Source: the human T2T-CHM13v2.0 reference genome, Homo sapiens
Length of the DNA: 64,000 bases
Reading direction: 5' to 3' (one strand)
NCBI RefSeq assembly: GCF_009914755.1
Contig: NC_060940.1
Shown: positions 55,617 to 64,000 of the stretch, one piece after another
How positions within the stretch are numbered: the stretch's first letter is position 1
Layout of the letters: the number at the start of each line of letters is the position of its first letter
Translations under genes and position numbers: made by a program
The notes under the pieces: model-generated
What the model saw: only the letters and a program-made list of their open reading frames with translations
What the model was told of the DNA's origin: nothing
Database searches by the model: none

Positions 55617-56050
55617 TTATTAGTTTCCTAGAGCTGCTGTAGCAAAGTACCTCAGACTGGGTGGCTTAAATGACACAACTTTATTTTCACATTGTTCAGG
55701 AGGCTTAGACTCCAAGACCAAGATGTCGGCAGTATGGGTTCCACTGGAGGGCTGTGGGAAATCATCTGTTCCATGTCTTTCTCCTTGCTCCTGGTGGTTT
55801 GCTGGCAACCTTTGGCTTGCCGTTCCTTGGGTTATAGATGCATCACCCTGACCTCTGCCTTCACATTAGCTAGGCCTTCTCCCTGTGTGAGTGTCTGTGT
55901 CCAAGCTTCCCCTTTTTATAAGGACATAGTTTTATGGGATTAGGGCCCATTCTGTTCCAGTATGACCTACTGTAATCTTTTTATGCCTGCATATTTTCAA
56001 ATAAATCACACTCTGAGGTATTAGGGGTTAAGACTTTAACACATGCATTT
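55617..56050 (-). mobile_element. MLT1C LTR (remainder at 57431-57469)
   Basis: tattagtttcctagagctgctgtagcaaagtacc...tctgaggtattaggggttaagact. Confidence 0.88.
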
Positions 56051-57430
<1,380 letters not shown>

Positions 57431-58264
57431 CATATGAATTTTCGGGGAGTCATAGTTTAGCATTTAACAGGGAACTGTGGTTAATGGTTTCCTCTCTGGT
57501 CCTCCGCTTTCTCACTCATAAAATGGGGATGCTGAAGTGCGTGATCTCTATGGGACTTGCCGATTCTCACATTTAACATCTCTTGATTATGTTTTTTCTC
57601 TGTCCTCACCTCAGAATGTTTGTTCCAGAGCGAAAACAATCCAAAACATAAATTTACATTGAAGGTTAGTAAGATGTCCTCTCATGAGCATTTGCTTGTT
57701 CAGAGAACCCTGCAAAGGTTGGGTAGTCACTGTCTTGCGGAATAAATCACTGTCCTGTTCCTTTGAGGACAGAGACAGTTCTGGATGTTGCTCCATAGGC
57801 TCCTGATCATCCCACATCTGCAGCCGCCTACTCCATCCGTGGACACGCAGGCCTGGGCAGAGTTCTGCCTGGCTAGCTCTGTGTGCTGCTGACATGTTGT
57901 GGGAAGGCTGGAGGGCGAGGGATAATTAGAGGATAGGCATCCTCCTGAGATCAGCTCTAGAGACTCCAGGGCCCTTCTGCTGAGGGAGTATATCAGCGCC
58001 AGGCAGCTCTGCCTATTTTCTGTGTTCTGCTTCTTGAAACTCAATGTGCACGTGGTTTCCTGTGGGAGAAAAGGTGCCAGGCTGGCTGGCTTGCCGGGAG
58101 GCTTCCTGTGGGTCACATGCATCACCTACATGCACAGGTAATGGGAGAGAGTGCACCTTCCCGTTATACCAGTATCAGCTACCTGGGCTGAGTCTAATGC
58201 ATTGAGTGAATTGATACTTTAAGGGAAAGATCTGGATGTGTATCCACACTCCCTGAGTGAGGGG

Positions 58265-58680
58265 GTAAAAATTAGAGTCTTTGGTTGCAAGCAGCAGAAG
58301 CTGCTGTGACTAATGTGAGGAAGAAGAGGGCTTATTGTAAGGACGTAGGGAAACTGGCAGGGTTGAAGGAAAGGCTAGAGATCTCGACAGCTGCAGAAAT
58401 GTCAACAGCTGAAACTGTCTTTTCAGGACTACTGATGGATTCAATGAAATCGTACAAAAATTTCTTCCATCTTTGCCTCTTTCCTGCCCAGTTTTGAGGA
58501 GAGTATGACTGACTGATCTTATAGCATGAACCTGCTTTCCCAGCAGCACAAGCACATCAAGAGGGAGATCTAGTGGGAGAAGCCTCCAGTGCCCACGGCT
58601 TCTGCGGTGAGGAGGTGTGTAACCCTGATTGATAACCATACCAAGGCTGCACACGATGCAGGGAGAGACAATGTCAACTC
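58265..58680 (-). mobile_element. Old MLT1 LTR
   Basis: ttagagtctttggttgcaagcagcagaag...gggcttattgtaaggac. Confidence 0.45.
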
Positions 58681-59147
58681 TACAAATGCTAATAGACAAC
58701 ACAGAGTGCTTACTTGGTATGGAACACTCTATATTCATGATCTGATTTAATCTCTGCAATAATCCTGTGGTTCTATTGTCTTTTCAGTTTACAGATGTAA
58801 AAGGCAAAGCTGGGATTTGAACCCAGGTTTATCTGGGTCCAGTGCCATTGGTCTTAATGGTGATATGGTTCTGTCTTCCACTGCTGCCAATTTGCCCAAC
58901 AAGGTGAAAGGAGGAGCTGTAAACATGGGTATAGTTGCTGTCCAAGGATCCCCGCAGTTCTTGGCCCCAGAAATAGGTTAAGAAGTGGGCCAACTAGGTA
59001 GTTACCCAGAGGTCTAGGTTATAAGAAGTGCTAAAACAGCACCGGAGATATCACTAGAAGGATAAACCTTTGTTTTTTTGACCATTTTATTTCTCTTGTA
59101 AAAGAAACTCTCAGTGACTGTAAAGAAAAATATGTTGATAAACTACT

Positions 59148-59310
59148 CAGGGTGTGGCAAGATTAGCTGCATAATTTACAGGCCCCAGTAAGATATAAAA
59201 TTGTGAGGCCGCTTGTTAGAAAGTTAAGAATTTCAAGACAGTGACAGCAGAACATGGAGCGTGGGGCCTTGTGTGATTGCAAACGTTGCAAGCCCATAAA
59301 GCTGGCCCTG
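59148..59310 (-). mobile_element. MER45A
   Basis: gctgcataatttacaggccccag...ttaagaatttcaagacagtgacagcaga...cccataaagctggccctg. Confidence 0.78.
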
Positions 59311-59848
59311 GGGTTGGAATGAAGGTAGATGGTTGCCGAGCAGTCAACTGAGAAAAACAATTCCAGGTACCTGCAAGGCTCCTCCACTTTGTGCCAAGTT
59401 GTATTCTTGCTCAGGCCACCCAGCTGTCTCAGGTGAGCCTGCCTGGTTTTCACACACAGCAAGAAAAGTTAGTGGGAGACATAGAGAAAGTACTTCTGAG
59501 GCTAGCCTATGGGCCTCTTTACAGCCTGCTGCTCACAGGCAGTGACAAAAATCATCTTAATGTTCTGAGAATGGTTTGGACAGCAGGCAGATAATGCTCA
59601 AATAGCATTTCATTAACAGAGCTAAAAACCACCACAATTAATATCGGAATTGATTTTGAGATATTAATTGTGCCAACTGCATTGCATAAGTTATGTTTTT
59701 ATTTAAATTGTAGTAAGAACATTTAACTTAATATTGAACATGAGATCTGTCATCTCAACAAATGTTTACATGCATAATACAGTATTGTTATCTACAGGCA
59801 TAATATTGTGCAGCAGATCTCTAGAACTTACTCAACTTGTGTCACTGA

Positions 59849-60439
<591 letters not shown>

Positions 60440-60685
60440 TCATATAGCATTTGTCTTTGTGTAACTGGCTTATTTTACTTAGCATAATGTCTCCCCATAT
60501 TGTCAAATGTGGCAGGGTTTCCTTTTTTCAAGCTAAATAATGTTCCACTGTATGAATATACCATGCTTCCTTATCCATTTATCCATCACTGCACATTTAG
60601 GTTGTTTTTAAACCTTGGCTATTGTGTATAATGCCGTAGTAAACATGGGAGTGCAAATATCTCTTTGAGATGATGATTTTAATTC

Positions 60686-60997
60686 TTTTTTTTTTTTTTT
60701 TTTTGAGATGGAGTATCTCTGTGTCACCTAGGCTGGAGCGCAGTGGCGTGATCTCGGCTCACTGCAACCTCCACCTCCTGGGTTCAAGCGAGTCTCCTGC
60801 TTCAGCCTCCTGAGTAGCTGGGACTACAGGCATGTGCCACAGCCCCTGGCTATTTTTTTTTTTTTTTTTGTATTTTTAGTAGAGACAGGATTTCGCCATG
60901 TTGGCAAGGCCGGTCTTGAACTCCTGGCCTCATGTGATCCACCTTCCTTGGTCTCCCAAAGTGGTGGGATTACAGGCATAAGCCACCGTGTCCAGCC
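60686..60997 (-). mobile_element. AluS
   Basis: Antisense dimer with expanded middle T-run. Confidence 0.95.
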
Positions 60998-62624
60998 TAT
61001 TTTGGATAAATATTTGGAAGTGGGATTGCAGATCATATGGTAGTTCTACTTGTAAGTTTTTGAGGAAACTGCATACTATTTTCCTTGTTTAATTTTATCC
61101 TCCTTCTCTAGCTTCAGTTGCAGGAGGCTTATTTCATTTTCTCAAAAGTCCCATGGGCTTCAGGACTTCCAGGCAGGCTCTTCTCTCTGCAACAAGCTTT
61201 CTTTCTCCCCCTGATTGGGGAAGTCCTCATCCCCAGGGCTCAGTTGACCTGACTTTTCCCAACACCTCAGACTAGGTAGGTAGCACCTTGTACTAATGAA
61301 TCATGACCCTTCTTGCACACTTTGGAAATTGCTTGTGAAATTATTTGCTTGTCTGTCTCCTACACCCCCAAGTCAGTGTCCTTGGGTTGGGGACTACGTG
61401 TCTGTCTTATTCACTGTTGTATTACCAGGGCCAGAAGGGTCAGAGAGATCTCTCTTGAGCTCCCTGGGGTTCCCAGCATCTTTCATTTCTAGAGTGCATG
61501 GCTGTTCCTGTCTATTCATTTTTCTGCCTAGGCGTTTGCCCTGGTGGACGACCAGTGCTGACTGAGCTCTCCCCTGGAACCACAACTCCAGCTGGTCTCT
61601 GCTTTGCCATCTAGTCAGATCCTTCATCCAGTGTGTGCAATCAGTTTCCAAGAGAAGGAAAAACCAACCTAGAGTTAGTAGTTACTCCTTCTCTCCCTCA
61701 GCGATTCCCCGACGCTGGATATCAGAAGCAGAAACTGGCAGCCAGGTCCCCTTAATTAGGAAGGTGTCAAAGGAGGTTTTGAAACAAAAAAGTCAGTGTA
61801 CAGGTTGCCAATTGCTTTATTAATTTTTAAGTTTCCTTCACATTTAGGAACAACTTCTCCTAGAAGTTCCAGCCAAGTGCTAAGTTTTAACTTGGATGTG
61901 TGCTGGTTTGAGATGTGAATGCACCAACAGTCCCCCAGGGGTGCACAGAAGGCGCATAGAGTCCCTGGCTAGGCTTTCTTCCTTCTCTCTCTTGATGACT
62001 TAAAAGCTGTTGTGCAGCTGTCACTCATTTTCTAGGAAAACAAGCCAGTTGCCAATCGACTTGGCAATACCTAAGAAATATTCCGGTTCCAATTACAGGC
62101 TGCCAATGGCAAGTACAGCCTCAGCCAAGAGGAACTTACTTTCTTGGTTCCCGATGCAAGGGATCTGGCAATAGGGACGTCCTTCTATGTTTGTAGAAAA
62201 GATTTTTCTCTTTGTGATGATACTTACTCCATTCTCTATCTAAAAATCTCTCCCTAATGAATTTTTTACATTCTGCTTTTTGGAACCCATTCCTTTATGC
62301 CAAGCACTTGTGCTCTACACGCATCTCGGAAAACCCTGGGTACCTGCTTCTCTTTAGGAATCTCCAAACAGTGAATAGAACAAAGGTTGAGCTGATTCTG
62401 TGGCAGACACCTCACACATCCCTGTGAGGCAGGTGCTGCTTTAAAGATGGGGAGATGGGGACCAGCTATGGGGCTTGGCTTGTTGACATAATTAGCAAGG
62501 GCAGATTTGGGATTTGGACCCCATCTGTGAAACGCACCTGCTTGGGCTCCCTCCATGATGTCACGCTGGACAGTAGGGTCGCCTAAGAAGCTTAAAGGAT
62601 GCTGAGGAGGAGGAAGCCTTGTCT

Positions 62625-62880
62625 CGGTTGCAGTGGTTTGGGTTCTTCAAGAAGCAAACTCCGAGACATGGATTTGAATGCGAAAGACTTATTTGAGGTG
62701 ATTCCTCAGGGAGGGAGTGGGGAAGAGATGAAGGGTCTTTTAATGACCTACTTACTGCTGTGGGCAGCTGGCACCCAGGCCTGCTGGTGGACTCCGGAGG
62801 CTGGCCCAGAACATCCCTAAGTACCGCTTCCTGGAGGTCCGCCTGTTCCCATTTCCCACTGGTTGAGGGTCGTTCTGGGA
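62625..62880 (-). mobile_element. ERVL LTR fragment (LTR16 class)
   Basis: gggttcttcaagaagcaaactccgagacatggatttg...ttactgctgtgggcagctgg. Confidence 0.5.
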
Positions 62881-62984
62881 GGTGTCACACTGAATGCACA
62901 AAATTTAATGTTGATCAACTTGGAGTGTAGATTCTCTTGAAAAATGAGCAAACACATATGCAGCCACACATCTCCTCCCTGTCA

Positions 62985-64000
<1,016 letters not shown>

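Overview
This is primate (human-like) euchromatic non-coding DNA, not microbial. About half the window is interspersed repeats: roughly 30 Alus, many old L1/L2/MIR fragments, ERVL/MaLR/ERV1 solo LTRs and DNA-transposon MITEs. The only gene-derived feature is a disabled NPM1 processed pseudogene (63349 to the window end). It starts exactly at the 5'-TOP cap site and abuts an Alu tail. No intact protein-coding gene, RNA gene, CRISPR array or CpG island is supported, and nearly all ORF-track entries are repeat-derived or chance. L1 fragments are mostly on the minus strand, which suggests a long intron of a plus-strand gene. I found no new multi-gene system. The most unusual signal is a set of locally templated rearrangements: two inverted copies of 70-106 bp placed about 1 kb from their source (9315/10359 and 21442/22554), a fold-back hairpin with a 29-bp stem (32428-32499), and smaller repair scars. 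There is also a candidate 6-nt microexon at 41598. Repeat family names come from remembered consensus sequences, and boundaries of old elements are approximate.
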